Part shown: one piece after another, positions 36,865 to 46,388 of the stretch | Numbering within the stretch: position 1 is the stretch's first letter | Layout: each line of letters begins with the position of its first letter | DNA from: Candidatus Doudnabacteria bacterium | GTDB lineage: Bacteria; Patescibacteriota; Doudnabacteria; UBA920 | NCBI GenBank assembly: GCA_016218585.1 | Contig: JACRDK010000025.1 | Span: forward strand, 27,637 to 91,636 | DNA: 64,000 nucleotides | Reading direction: 5' to 3' | Program-made: the position numbers and the translations under genes | Notes under the pieces: model-generated | Told to the model about the DNA's origin: nothing | Database searches by the model: none | The model's input: only the letters and a program-made list of their open reading frames with translations

Positions 36865-37464
36865 ATGTGGCATCAGAGTGTTGGAGACAAAATCGCTGTG
36901 AACCTGGCAAGCTTAAAACTTCCCATCAGCGATAGCGCAGCGTTGGATATTTTAGAAAGCATGGGTTTTTTGCGGTGTGATATGAGTGTGACCGCTATTG
37001 CGCGTGGTCTTGTTGGAAAATCTCAGTATCGGAGAGGCGCAAACCCCTACTTGGCTCCTGAAATTGTGGATTGCAGCAGCATGACAAAGTGGATTTTTGG
37101 TGAGATCGGCATTTGGATGCCCAGACATTCAATTGATCAAAGAGATATGGGCAGACGAGTTACCAAACCAAGGGAGGGTGATTTAGTTTTCACCTCCGGA
37201 TGGAGAAACTACTACTGGGACGATCAAAATGATGGCGTTGGACATGTAGGAATAGTAACCAAAGACTCGACGGTCATTCATGCCGCAAACTCAAAAGTCG
37301 GAGTGGTTGAAACAAAACTTAAAATGTTTTGTCATGATCCTAAAAATCTAAGAGGGATTACGAGAATCTTGGCGACCACAGACAGATTTCTCACGCTGCG
37401 GATGACGAAGCGCATCGCCGAAACATCACAAGAATTGCGATGGATTATCTTGCAACACATCTAA
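36865..37464 (+). CDS. NlpC/P60 family cell-wall peptidase
   Basis: DCSSMTKWIF (catalytic Cys) and GHVGIVTKDSTVIHAA (His) in the NlpC/P60 arrangement. Confidence 0.65.
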   Translation: MWHQSVGDKIAVNLASLKLPISDSAALDILESMGFLRCDMSVTAIARGLVGKSQYRRGANPYLAPEIVDCSSMTKWIFGEIGIWMPRHSIDQRDMGRRVTKPREGDLVFTSGWRNYYWDDQNDGVGHVGIVTKDSTVIHAANSKVGVVETKLKMFCHDPKNLRGITRILATTDRFLTLRMTKRIAETSQELRWIILQHI

Positions 37465-37493
37465 AAAAGCGCCCCGTCACATGACGGGGCGCT
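37464..37493. terminator. Terminator
   Basis: aaaaaagcgccccgtcacatgacggggcgct. Confidence 0.7.
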
Positions 37494-37505
37494 AAATTAT
37501 TATTC

Positions 37506-37582
37506 TGGTGGGCGTGCCAGGATTCGAACCTGGGACCCTCAAGGTATAAGCTTGATGCTCTAACCAGCTGAGCTACACGCCC
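37506..37582 (-). tRNA. tRNA-Ile (anticodon TAT)
   Basis: Acceptor GGGCGTG/CACGCCC, anticodon stem TCAAG/CTTGA, loop CTTATAC, T-loop TTCGAAT, and CCA encoded. Confidence 0.75.
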
Positions 37583-37981
37583 TAGTATTTACTTAACCTA
37601 CACATTATATAAAATCCTGCGGTAATTATCAATACTTGAAAAAAGAAAATTACCCCTAGACAAGAGAGAAAATTTCTGCTATAATACCTATAGAAAAGTG
37701 AGTTCTTCATTAGAAGAAACAAAAATAAAAAACAATTCGACAAAAAACCAATCCCTCTAAACGTGGGATACTTATCGCCCTAATTTTCTGGGTGATCGGC
37801 TATAAGGTTATTCTTATGGCTCTAAGCTTCTTCTAACTTTTCTTAAAAACCCCTCTACCATGGTCAAATAATCCCAGACAGGATTAGACCAGAATAGGTC
37901 AGGGGTTTTTATTTTGTCCAAATTGGGCTAAAATATTAAAGTCAGCTAATTAATAACAAGGTTTACTGTAACCAAAATCTG

Positions 37982-38290
37982 TTGGTATCGGTAAATCTGT
38001 ATATTTATATGAAAGACCAAGAAGAAATACAAAATTTGTTCGAAGACAAGTATGAGGAAGCCTTGGGGTTAAGCTATAATGACTGGCTAGAAAAAGGCCC
38101 TCAAACCCAAGAGGAGGCCTATGCCAGATGCATAGCCATAGATAAAGAGCTGGAAGCCAGTTATGAGCAATGGTATGAGGCCAACGGCGAAACAAAAGAA
38201 CATTTAGGAGAACACCGCGACAAACTCAAAGCGGAATACGACCTTATAGAAGACGTCTTCGGACTCGAAGCGCAGGACAAAAACTTTTAA
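37982..38290 (+). CDS. Hypothetical acidic protein. The likely true start is the Met at 38009 (MKDQEE...).
   Basis: ORF with high E/D/K content and no recognisable motif. Confidence 0.4.
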   Translation: MVSVNLYIYMKDQEEIQNLFEDKYEEALGLSYNDWLEKGPQTQEEAYARCIAIDKELEASYEQWYEANGETKEHLGEHRDKLKAEYDLIEDVFGLEAQDKNF

Positions 38291-38392
38291 CCAAATGACA
38301 AGATTGACATAATTGAAAAGAATGACAAAAATTATGTCATCTTGAACATTCATGTCAATCATTTAAATCTTTTAATTCTTATTAATCAAAAA

Positions 38393-39151
38393 ATGCTTTA
38401 CGTTGTTGCTACGCCAATCGGAAATTTGGGGGACATAACATTGCGCGCCATAGAAATGCTGCGTAAGTGTGATTTTATCATTGCGGAAAATCCCGGCTAT
38501 TCAAAAAGATTACTGCAATATATAGACGGCCTGCCTATTGGTGTCATTCCGGCCTCCGAGCAGGAATCCAGCAATGAAACAAGTTCTGGATCCCGGATCT
38601 CGTCTGACTCGTCCGGGATGACAGCAAAAAAAGAGATTGTTCAATTCGCCGAACACAACGAACAACAAATTTTAAAAGAGTTAACCAGGCGATTAATTAA
38701 AGAAGATGCCTGCTTAATTACCGACGCCGGAACTCCGGGAATTTCCGATCCGGGTTTTCGACTGGTGCGCGAGTGCGTAAAAAACAGCGTCGCTGTTGTG
38801 CCAATCCCCGGAGCTAGTGCGGCCATTGCCGCGCTGTCTGCGTCGGGACTACCAACCGACAAATTTATGTTTTTAGGTTTCTTGCAAAAAACCGCTACCA
38901 AAACCGTAGAAGCCCTGTCTGCCGCGGCCACAGCCGAAGCAACGGCAATTTTCTATGAATCCCCGGAACGCATTTTAAAAACCTTAAGCTACATCGCCAA
39001 TGCTTTTCCCGCCAGCCAGGTTGTGGCGGCCAGAGAGCTTACCAAAATGCATGAAGAATTTATTCACGGCGACCCGTTGTCTGTAATACATCAACTAAAA
39101 CAAAAACCCGCCATAAAAGGCGAGTTTACGATATTAATTTCTTTTAAATAA
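38393..39151 (+). CDS. rsmI: 16S rRNA (cytidine1402-2'-O)-methyltransferase RsmI, with a Ser-rich insertion
   Basis: MLYVVATPIGNLGDITLRAIEMLRKCDFIIAEN is the tetrapyrrole-methylase-family RsmI N-terminus. A low-complexity insert SSNETSSGSRISSDSSG is present. Confidence 0.8.
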   Translation: MLYVVATPIGNLGDITLRAIEMLRKCDFIIAENPGYSKRLLQYIDGLPIGVIPASEQESSNETSSGSRISSDSSGMTAKKEIVQFAEHNEQQILKELTRRLIKEDACLITDAGTPGISDPGFRLVRECVKNSVAVVPIPGASAAIAALSASGLPTDKFMFLGFLQKTATKTVEALSAAATAEATAIFYESPERILKTLSYIANAFPASQVVAARELTKMHEEFIHGDPLSVIHQLKQKPAIKGEFTILISFK

Positions 39152-39153
39152 GA

Positions 39154-39465
39154 TTATTCCGCCGGAGGTAATTCTGATCTAATGGGTTTAGTATTTATAA
39201 TATGTGATTTAACCCAATCCATGATTATTTTTTGCGACTCGGGATCATTTTCACGATCTCCTGAAAGCACCCCCAAGGCATCCTGAATTTTTTGATCATC
39301 TTCATCTAATAAATCTATAGCGATTTTCTGCAAAACCCTAAGCGGATATTTGGTTTTAATTTCAGGGATAGTCATTAAGATCGACGTTATTTTACCCCTC
39401 TGTTCAAGCTCAAAAGCAGTCTCTGGATCGGCACCCCAACCCTTTAGTCTGTCATACATATCCAT
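39154..39465 (-). CDS. Hypothetical protein (103 aa)
   Basis: ORF only. Confidence 0.35.
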   Translation of the reverse strand: MDMYDRLKGWGADPETAFELEQRGKITSILMTIPEIKTKYPLRVLQKIAIDLLDEDDQKIQDALGVLSGDRENDPESQKIIMDWVKSHIINTKPIRSELPPAE

Positions 39466-39514
39466 AAAATTGATATTAATTTATAATAATATTAGTGTAT
39501 CATATTTAATTAGC

Positions 39515-40432
39515 ATGATCTATAAAAACGCAAAATTTGTAAATTTTAAAGCTACTGACAATCTGCCTTTGCCGGGTTTGTTGTTTAAAAAAAATAACAA
39601 CAAAAAGATTCTTATTAATCTTCACGGCAATGGGGGAGCATCCGTCTTTTACCGCCCGGATAAATATCAAGAAATGGCCAACGACGCCCACAAAGCCGGC
39701 TGGGATTTTTTTGCCTTTAATAATCGGGGGTCGGGGATAACCAATAAAATAAAAATAGTAAAAAATGGCAAGCTTCGCCGCTTTCAATGCGGCACTTCTC
39801 ACGAGCTGATTGGCGATTGCATAAAAGATATTGACGGGGCAATAAATTTTTTGAAAACTTTAGGCTACAAAACTTTCGCGCTTTCCGGTTTTTCCACCGG
39901 CGCAAACAAAATTTGCGTATACCATTATAAAAAGCCGCGCAATCAAATTACCAAAAATTTAATTATTTGCGGGGCGGATGATGCCGGGATATATTACAAC
40001 GAGTTTGGCAAAAAAAAGTTTTTTAATATCTTAAAATTGTGCAAGCAAAACATTAAAGCCGGCAAAGGCAAAGAGTTTATGGATCCCAAAACTATAGGCG
40101 GCCGTTGCTATTCTTACCAGGGAATGTACGACATTTTAAACCCTGAGGGACTGTATAATACTTTTCCTTTTTGGTCGGAATCGCAAAAAATAAATTTTTC
40201 CAAAAAACCTGCTTTTCGGGAAATTAAGGCGGTCAAAACGGACTCATTAATAATTTACGGCGGCAAAGATGAATACTCATTTGGACAAGTTGAAAAAAAT
40301 GTTTCAATCTTAAAAAATGCTTTAGCGGGGAAGAGTAACTTTGGCTTTGAAATAATAAAAAATGCCGACCACGGCTTTACCGGAAAAGAACGCGAGCTGG
40401 GCAAGCTAATAACCAATTTCCTAAAATCCTAA
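39515..40432 (+). CDS. Alpha/beta hydrolase fold protein
   Basis: Nucleophile elbow GFSTG, plus HGNGG (oxyanion region). Start taken at MIYKNAKF. Confidence 0.55.
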   Translation: MIYKNAKFVNFKATDNLPLPGLLFKKNNNKKILINLHGNGGASVFYRPDKYQEMANDAHKAGWDFFAFNNRGSGITNKIKIVKNGKLRRFQCGTSHELIGDCIKDIDGAINFLKTLGYKTFALSGFSTGANKICVYHYKKPRNQITKNLIICGADDAGIYYNEFGKKKFFNILKLCKQNIKAGKGKEFMDPKTIGGRCYSYQGMYDILNPEGLYNTFPFWSESQKINFSKKPAFREIKAVKTDSLIIYGGKDEYSFGQVEKNVSILKNALAGKSNFGFEIIKNADHGFTGKERELGKLITNFLKS

Positions 40433-40574
40433 GCCTCTACAAACAAGCTATGTACATCTACAACGTTTAATCTGCTTGGCAGGCGAGTATTCACGCCCGA
40501 TGAATCAGGCAACTACGCAGCTCTGATACTGCTACCAAGCTATAAGCTAATTACTAACACCAACAAGCTAATAT

Positions 40575-41294
40575 ATGTCCGGACATTCTAAATGGTCACA
40601 AATTAAAAGAACAAAAGGCGCGCTAGACCAGAAGCGCGGACTTTTGTTTTCTAAGCTTGGGAAGAAAATTTCAATTGCGGTAAAGGAAGGGGGCAGCAGC
40701 GGCGACCCGGCAGTTAACTACAAACTTAAGGCAACAATAGATTACGCTAAAGAACAGGGCATGCCCAACGACAATGTGGAAAGGGCTATTAAAGCGGCTC
40801 TTGGCAGCAATGCCGGAAGCATAAAAGAAGTAATTTACGAAGGCTACGGTCCGTTTGGCACGGCTTTTTTGGTAGAAGCCGCTACAGACAATACTAACAG
40901 AACCTTTAACAATGTCCGCAAAATCTTTTCTGAGCATGGCGGCACCATTGGAGCGCAAGGCTCGGTTGCCTGGCAGTTCTCGACTAAAGGCCAAATTCTC
41001 GTGGAAAGAGACAATAACCTAAATAATTTGGAACTCGCGGCAATAGATGCCGGAGCTGATGACGTGCGCGAATCGGAAGAGGGTTTAGAAGTTTACACTC
41101 AAGTAAATGACCTGCAAAAAATTAAACAAGTTCTTCATAAGGCCGGAGCAAAAATTGCCCGTGCGGAAATTATTCAAGAATCTTCTCAGGGAACTGACTT
41201 AACGGATGAACAAAAACCAAAAGTTGACGCGCTGTTTGCCGACCTGGAGAACGACGAAGATGTAATTGCGGTTCACACAAGCGCCAACCTCTAA
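40575..41294 (+). CDS. yebC: YebC/PmpR family DNA-binding regulator
   Basis: MSGHSKWSQIKRTKG N-terminus is diagnostic of the family. Confidence 0.9.
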   Translation: MSGHSKWSQIKRTKGALDQKRGLLFSKLGKKISIAVKEGGSSGDPAVNYKLKATIDYAKEQGMPNDNVERAIKAALGSNAGSIKEVIYEGYGPFGTAFLVEAATDNTNRTFNNVRKIFSEHGGTIGAQGSVAWQFSTKGQILVERDNNLNNLELAAIDAGADDVRESEEGLEVYTQVNDLQKIKQVLHKAGAKIARAEIIQESSQGTDLTDEQKPKVDALFADLENDEDVIAVHTSANL

Positions 41295-41374
41295 TTTTAA
41301 AGAATTAACAATCGAGAATTATGAATTAAGGGCTTGGCCCCGAACCATAATTCTTAATTCATGCTTCATAATTC

Positions 41375-41869
41375 ATGATTATATTAGGAATTGACCCCGG
41401 CACAGCCACCACCGGATTTGGAATAATCAAACAGGACAAAACAAAAAATGGTTTTGGCATTTTAGATTTTGGCGTAATTGCTACGGAAAAAACCTTAAGC
41501 GATGCCGAGCGTTTAAATATTTTAGGAAATGACTTGGAAGAAATTTTAAAAAAATTTAAGCCTGATGCAGTAGGGATTGAAAAGTTATTTTTTACTACCA
41601 ACCAAAAAACCGTTATGACCGTAAGCCAGGCTAGGGGAGTAGTGTTGTATTTAACCCAAAAGTATAAATTGCCGATTTTTGAATTTACTCCGCTCCAGGT
41701 AAAAAGTTTTATTTGCGGTTATGGCAAAGCGGACAAGAAACAGGTGCAGTACGTTGTGCAAAAAACTTTTCAATTAAAAAAAATTCCCAAGCCGGACGAT
41801 GCCGCCGACGCTTTAGCAATTGCTTTATGCGCTGCGCATTATTTTCCCAAAGCGGCCAAGCTTCGCTAA
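41375..41869 (+). CDS. ruvC: Crossover junction endodeoxyribonuclease RuvC
   Basis: MIILGIDPGTATTGFGII with the catalytic Asp, plus the C-terminal DAADALAIALC. Confidence 0.9.
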   Translation: MIILGIDPGTATTGFGIIKQDKTKNGFGILDFGVIATEKTLSDAERLNILGNDLEEILKKFKPDAVGIEKLFFTTNQKTVMTVSQARGVVLYLTQKYKLPIFEFTPLQVKSFICGYGKADKKQVQYVVQKTFQLKKIPKPDDAADALAIALCAAHYFPKAAKLR

Positions 41870-41992
41870 AAGTTATACACAACACGGTAAAAAAATAGAT
41901 AGACACAAAAAAAACCCGCTGGTATAATTGCCGTAAGCTCTTTATTTGAGCCCAAAAAAATTATGCCAATTTTGGCAAAAAGGAGAAGGCTT

Positions 41993-42100
41993 ATGTTATT
42001 TGACGACACTAATATGGATGACACCGCCACCGACGGCGGAACATCTACCACGGAAGAAACAACCGAAGAGACTCCTGATACTTCTGAAGAAACAATGTAA
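41993..42100 (+). CDS. Candidate small acidic Thr/Glu/Asp-rich peptide (35 aa)
   Basis: Good RBS AAAGGAGAAGG 7 nt upstream of the ATG. In-frame TAA. It is below the ORF-track cutoff. Confidence 0.3.
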   Translation: MLFDDTNMDDTATDGGTSTTEETTEETPDTSEETM

Positions 42101-42103
42101 AAA

Positions 42104-42141
42104 AATCCCCCAATCCGGCATTGCCGAGATGGGGGATTTTT
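42104..42141. terminator. Bidirectional terminator
   Basis: aaaaatccccca...tgggggattttt. Confidence 0.7.
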
Positions 42142-42151
42142 AAAATTTAAT

Positions 42152-43354
42152 TTATTCCGCTTTTATTTTTACAAACCTTCTTTTTCCGACTTGAAAGAGT
42201 ATTTCTTTTTTTCCAATTTCCAAATTTCCATCCGCTTTTACAACCTCGCTATCAATTTTCACCCCGCCTTGAGCAATTAACCTTCTAGCTTCGGACTTGC
42301 TTATACCCATTGTTGCGGCAATCACCCCGGAAATTAATTGCGAACCGGCAGGCAAAGTTTTTACTTCAATATCTTCCGGCAGCTCGCCTTTGGAAAACTG
42401 GCTTACAAAAGCCGCCTGGGCAGCTAAAGCTTTTTTCTCGCCATAAAACTTTTTAACTATTTCCAAAGCCACCTTAGCTTTTGCGTCGCGGGGACCTAAA
42501 TCCAAAATGGCCTTCTTTTCAGACAGCGGGATGCGGGTAACATTCACAAATAAAACTTCTATCATTTCATCCGGCTGCGCCATTACTGCCCCATACATTT
42601 CATTTGCCGGCGAGGATAAAAATACTCCGGTGCCCTGGCTCTTGGACATTAGCGCTCCTGTTTTCGGGTTGGCCATCAAGTTCACAGTAACCACATACTT
42701 GTCTTTGTTGTTCAGCCTCTTTTGCAACAACCTGCCTGCCAATGCGTTAAATGTTTGGTCGGTGCCGCAAAGCTCAACGTCAACATTCATAGCCACGCTA
42801 TCATAGCCTTGCATTAGCGGGTACAAAAATTCATGCAAATAAATCGGCACATTTTCATTCCAACGTTTCTCAAACATATCCCGCTCTATCATTTGCTGAA
42901 CCGTAAAATTAGATGCCAGCTTTATAACATCGCTAAGTGTTAATTTGGACAGCCATTTGCTGTTATAGGCTATTTTTGGGGGATTGACCTTGTCGGCAAA
43001 GTTCATTAGCGGCTTAATTTGTTTTAGCCAGTTTTTCACATTCTTTTTTATTTCAACAGCGGACAACTGAGGCCTGGCGGCATTTTTTCCCGTCGGATCG
43101 CCGATTTGCGCGGTAAAGTCGCCAAACAAAACAACTACTTCGTGGCCTAACTGCCTTAGCTCTTCCAAAAACATATAATTTTTTGCGTGGCTCAGGTGCA
43201 AAGAATTGGAAGTTGCGTCGGCCCCGATATATATTTTTAATCGCTCGCCCGACTGTAATTTTTTAATAAATTCTTCTTTAGAAGGAAGAACGTCTACCAC
43301 CACTCCTCGGTTAAAGATCTCTTCAATTCTGTTTTTATCTGTAATGGTTTTCAT
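42152..43354 (-). CDS. tyrS: Tyrosine--tRNA ligase
   Basis: HLSH (a HIGH variant), LMSKSQG (a KMSKS variant), and the C-terminal S4 domain. Confidence 0.85.
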   Translation of the reverse strand: MKTITDKNRIEEIFNRGVVVDVLPSKEEFIKKLQSGERLKIYIGADATSNSLHLSHAKNYMFLEELRQLGHEVVVLFGDFTAQIGDPTGKNAARPQLSAVEIKKNVKNWLKQIKPLMNFADKVNPPKIAYNSKWLSKLTLSDVIKLASNFTVQQMIERDMFEKRWNENVPIYLHEFLYPLMQGYDSVAMNVDVELCGTDQTFNALAGRLLQKRLNNKDKYVVTVNLMANPKTGALMSKSQGTGVFLSSPANEMYGAVMAQPDEMIEVLFVNVTRIPLSEKKAILDLGPRDAKAKVALEIVKKFYGEKKALAAQAAFVSQFSKGELPEDIEVKTLPAGSQLISGVIAATMGISKSEARRLIAQGGVKIDSEVVKADGNLEIGKKEILFQVGKRRFVKIKAE

Positions 43355-43529
43355 GTCAATTTCTTAGATTAATATACGGGTAAATATGATAAATATTAGC
43401 AAATTCACCAATGATATTATAGCATCTTTTACTTGAGCCTTAAAACAGCTATAATTACCCCATATCTAGCGTGGCCGATATGTTTGAATTAAAATGCCGC
43501 CTAGCAATATTTATAACGCATAATAAAAG

Positions 43530-46385
43530 ATGAAAATATATAGCTATAAGCCTCCTAAGGTTAACTCTGCAGGCAAAAGCCCGAGGAAGAAGATTTTTAG
43601 AAAATTCTCATTTAAATTCAAATTTAAGGCGAAAGGATTTTTTACCTGGGTCTTTCGTCTTTTTGCTTTGGGCATCTTAGCGGCAGCTTTGTTGTTTTTG
43701 TACTATTCCAAAGACTTGCCAGATCCAAACAAACTCCTTGAACGCAACGTCCCGGAATCCACTAAAATTTTTGCTCGCGACGGCAGCCTGCTCTATGAAA
43801 TCCACGGCGAATACAAACGCACGCTGGTTGAACTGGACCAAATTTCCCCGGACTTGAAAAACGCAACCGTAGCGGTGGAGGACAAAGATTTTTACAAGCA
43901 TGGGGGTATTTCCTTTACCGGCATAGCCCGCGCTATTGTTGTTGATATTTTGTCGGGCAAGAAAAGCCAAGGAGGCAGCACTATAACTCAGCAGTTTGTT
44001 AAAAAATCAATTCTTACGGACGACAAGTCCTGGGACAGAAAAATTCGAGAATTGATTTTGGCTGTGGCAATTGACTCGCGTTTTTCCAAAGAACAAATTT
44101 TAAAATTGTATTTAAACGAAATTCCATACGGCCGCAACGCCTATGGCATTGAGGCCGCCAGCCAGTCTTACTTTAATAAATCGGCAAAAGATCTGACCTT
44201 AGCGCAAAGCGCTTATTTAGCGGCAATGCCCCAAGCGCCAACCTTTTACAACCCGCTCGGGCCCAACCGCGCCAGCCTGGACAACAGAAAGAACACAATT
44301 TTAAGTTTAATGCAGCAGCAGGGATACATAAACGCCGAACAGGAAAAACAGGCCGAAGACGAAAAAGTGGAATTTAGCAAAATTACCACAGGCATTAAGG
44401 CTCCGCACTTTGTTTTGTGGGTGCAGGATTATCTGGCCAATAAATTCGGTGAAAAATCTTTAGAAGAAGGGGGTTTGAAAGTTTATACCACGCTCGACCT
44501 GCGTCTGCAGGGGATTGCGGAAACGGCCGTAAAAAATGGGGTAGAAAAAAGCAGTAAAAAATATAACGCCGACAATGCCGCGTTAGTTGCCATAGATCCG
44601 AAGACCGGACAAATTTTGGCAATGGTTGGAAGCAAAGATTATTTCGGCGACCCTGAGCCGGCCGGCTGCACTCCTGGAAAAAATTGCCAGTTTGAACCTA
44701 ACGTCAACGTCGCTCTTTCCCAGCGACAGCCCGGTTCCAGCTTTAAGCCTTATGTTTACGTAACTGCATTTAAAAAAGATTTCAAATACTCTCCGGCCAC
44801 AATGCTAATGGATGTGGTTACTAACTTTGGAACTTTTAACGGCAAGAGTTATATTCCCGGCAACTATAACGGCCAGAGCTATGGGCCAATTTCTATGCGC
44901 AAAGCAATGGCCGGAAGCCTTAACGTGCCGGCGGTAAAAACTTTGGCTTTAGTTGGGGTAGATAACGCCGTACAAACCGCCCGGGATTTGGGAATAACAT
45001 CTCCGCTGTCTAACTGCGGACTGTCTTTGGTTTTGGGCGGATGTGAAGTTAGGCTGCTCGACCACACTGCGGCCATGGCCACCATTGCCAACGAGGGAGT
45101 AAAAAATGAAAAAACTCCAATCTTAAAAATTGTCGACAAAGATGGCAACACTATTGAAGAATTTAAAAGCAACCCGCAAACTGTGTTAGACCCGCAAGCG
45201 GCTTATGAAGTAATTAGCATAATGACGGACAACGACGCCAGAAGTTATGTGTTCGGGCCAAACTCTCCTCTAATTTTGCCGGACCGAGTAGTGGCGGCAA
45301 AAACCGGAACAACCCAAAACTGGCACGACGGCTGGACAATGGGCTTTACCCCCAGCCTCGCAGCTGGAGTTTGGGCCGGCAACAATGACGGCACGCTTCT
45401 AAAAAAAGGAGCTGACGGGGTTTTGGTCGCCGCGCCAATTTGGCACGAATTTATGGCGGAAGCCTTAAAAGGAACTCCGGCGGAAAACTTTACCGTGCCA
45501 AATGGAATACAAAAAGTTGTGGTTGATGAAGTTTCAGGAAAATTGCCGACAGAAGCTACGCCTAATACAAAAACTGAAGTTTTTGCCGACTACTCAGTGC
45601 CTACCGACTATGACAATGTCCACATAAAAGTAGCGGTTGATTCTCAAACCGGATTGCCAGCCGATTCAAATACCCCGCCTGAAAGAATTTCCTACAAAGT
45701 TTATTCAGTTCTTCACAGCGAAATGAGAGACAATCCAAACTGGGAAAATCCGGTTGTAGAATGGGCTTTGGCGCACGGCTATAGCTACCCGCCCAATGAC
45801 GCGCAAATAATTCAGCCCGGCGGCAGCGGGCAAGCGTTGAGCGTAAATATTTCCGAACCAAGCGACGGCGCGGTAATTTCCAAACTGCCATTTCAAGTAA
45901 TTGTAAATCCAATTTCCTCGCAAAATATCAACAGGGTAGAATTGTCTATTAACGGGGAGCTGTTTCAAAATCTAACTCAGCAGCCTTTCCTGTTTAACAT
46001 AACCAAAAGCTTAAGTGACGGCTCATATACTATTGCCGCCAAAGCTTTTGACAGTGCGGGAGCCTCGGCAGACACCAGCATTAACATAACTGTTGCCGCC
46101 AACACGCCCTTAACTTTAACAGAACCGCAGGATCAAAATCTTTTATCCTTTCCGGTAAATCTTTCCGCGGAAAGCCCAAACCGCTATGACACGGTAAACT
46201 TCTACTACCAAAACGACAAAGGCCAAGCCAAATTAATTGGCACAGCCACCAACACCGACCACACAGGGGACACCTATCGTTATACTTTTAAATGGATTAC
46301 TCCGCCGCCGGCCGGCAGCTATAAAGTTTATGCTCAAGCCGGGAGCAATGTCATAACCAAAAAAGTTAGAGTAAGCGTACCGTAA
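43530..46385 (+). CDS. Class A penicillin-binding protein (glycosyltransferase GT51 plus transpeptidase), with a C-terminal Ig-like extension
   Basis: GT51 motifs EDKDFYKHGG and GGSTITQQ. Transpeptidase SSFK and KTGTT. Confidence 0.9.
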   Translation: MKIYSYKPPKVNSAGKSPRKKIFRKFSFKFKFKAKGFFTWVFRLFALGILAAALLFLYYSKDLPDPNKLLERNVPESTKIFARDGSLLYEIHGEYKRTLVELDQISPDLKNATVAVEDKDFYKHGGISFTGIARAIVVDILSGKKSQGGSTITQQFVKKSILTDDKSWDRKIRELILAVAIDSRFSKEQILKLYLNEIPYGRNAYGIEAASQSYFNKSAKDLTLAQSAYLAAMPQAPTFYNPLGPNRASLDNRKNTILSLMQQQGYINAEQEKQAEDEKVEFSKITTGIKAPHFVLWVQDYLANKFGEKSLEEGGLKVYTTLDLRLQGIAETAVKNGVEKSSKKYNADNAALVAIDPKTGQILAMVGSKDYFGDPEPAGCTPGKNCQFEPNVNVALSQRQPGSSFKPYVYVTAFKKDFKYSPATMLMDVVTNFGTFNGKSYIPGNYNGQSYGPISMRKAMAGSLNVPAVKTLALVGVDNAVQTARDLGITSPLSNCGLSLVLGGCEVRLLDHTAAMATIANEGVKNEKTPILKIVDKDGNTIEEFKSNPQTVLDPQAAYEVISIMTDNDARSYVFGPNSPLILPDRVVAAKTGTTQNWHDGWTMGFTPSLAAGVWAGNNDGTLLKKGADGVLVAAPIWHEFMAEALKGTPAENFTVPNGIQKVVVDEVSGKLPTEATPNTKTEVFADYSVPTDYDNVHIKVAVDSQTGLPADSNTPPERISYKVYSVLHSEMRDNPNWENPVVEWALAHGYSYPPNDAQIIQPGGSGQALSVNISEPSDGAVISKLPFQVIVNPISSQNINRVELSINGELFQNLTQQPFLFNITKSLSDGSYTIAAKAFDSAGASADTSINITVAANTPLTLTEPQDQNLLSFPVNLSAESPNRYDTVNFYYQNDKGQAKLIGTATNTDHTGDTYRYTFKWITPPPAGSYKVYAQAGSNVITKKVRVSVP

Positions 46386-46388
46386 ACT

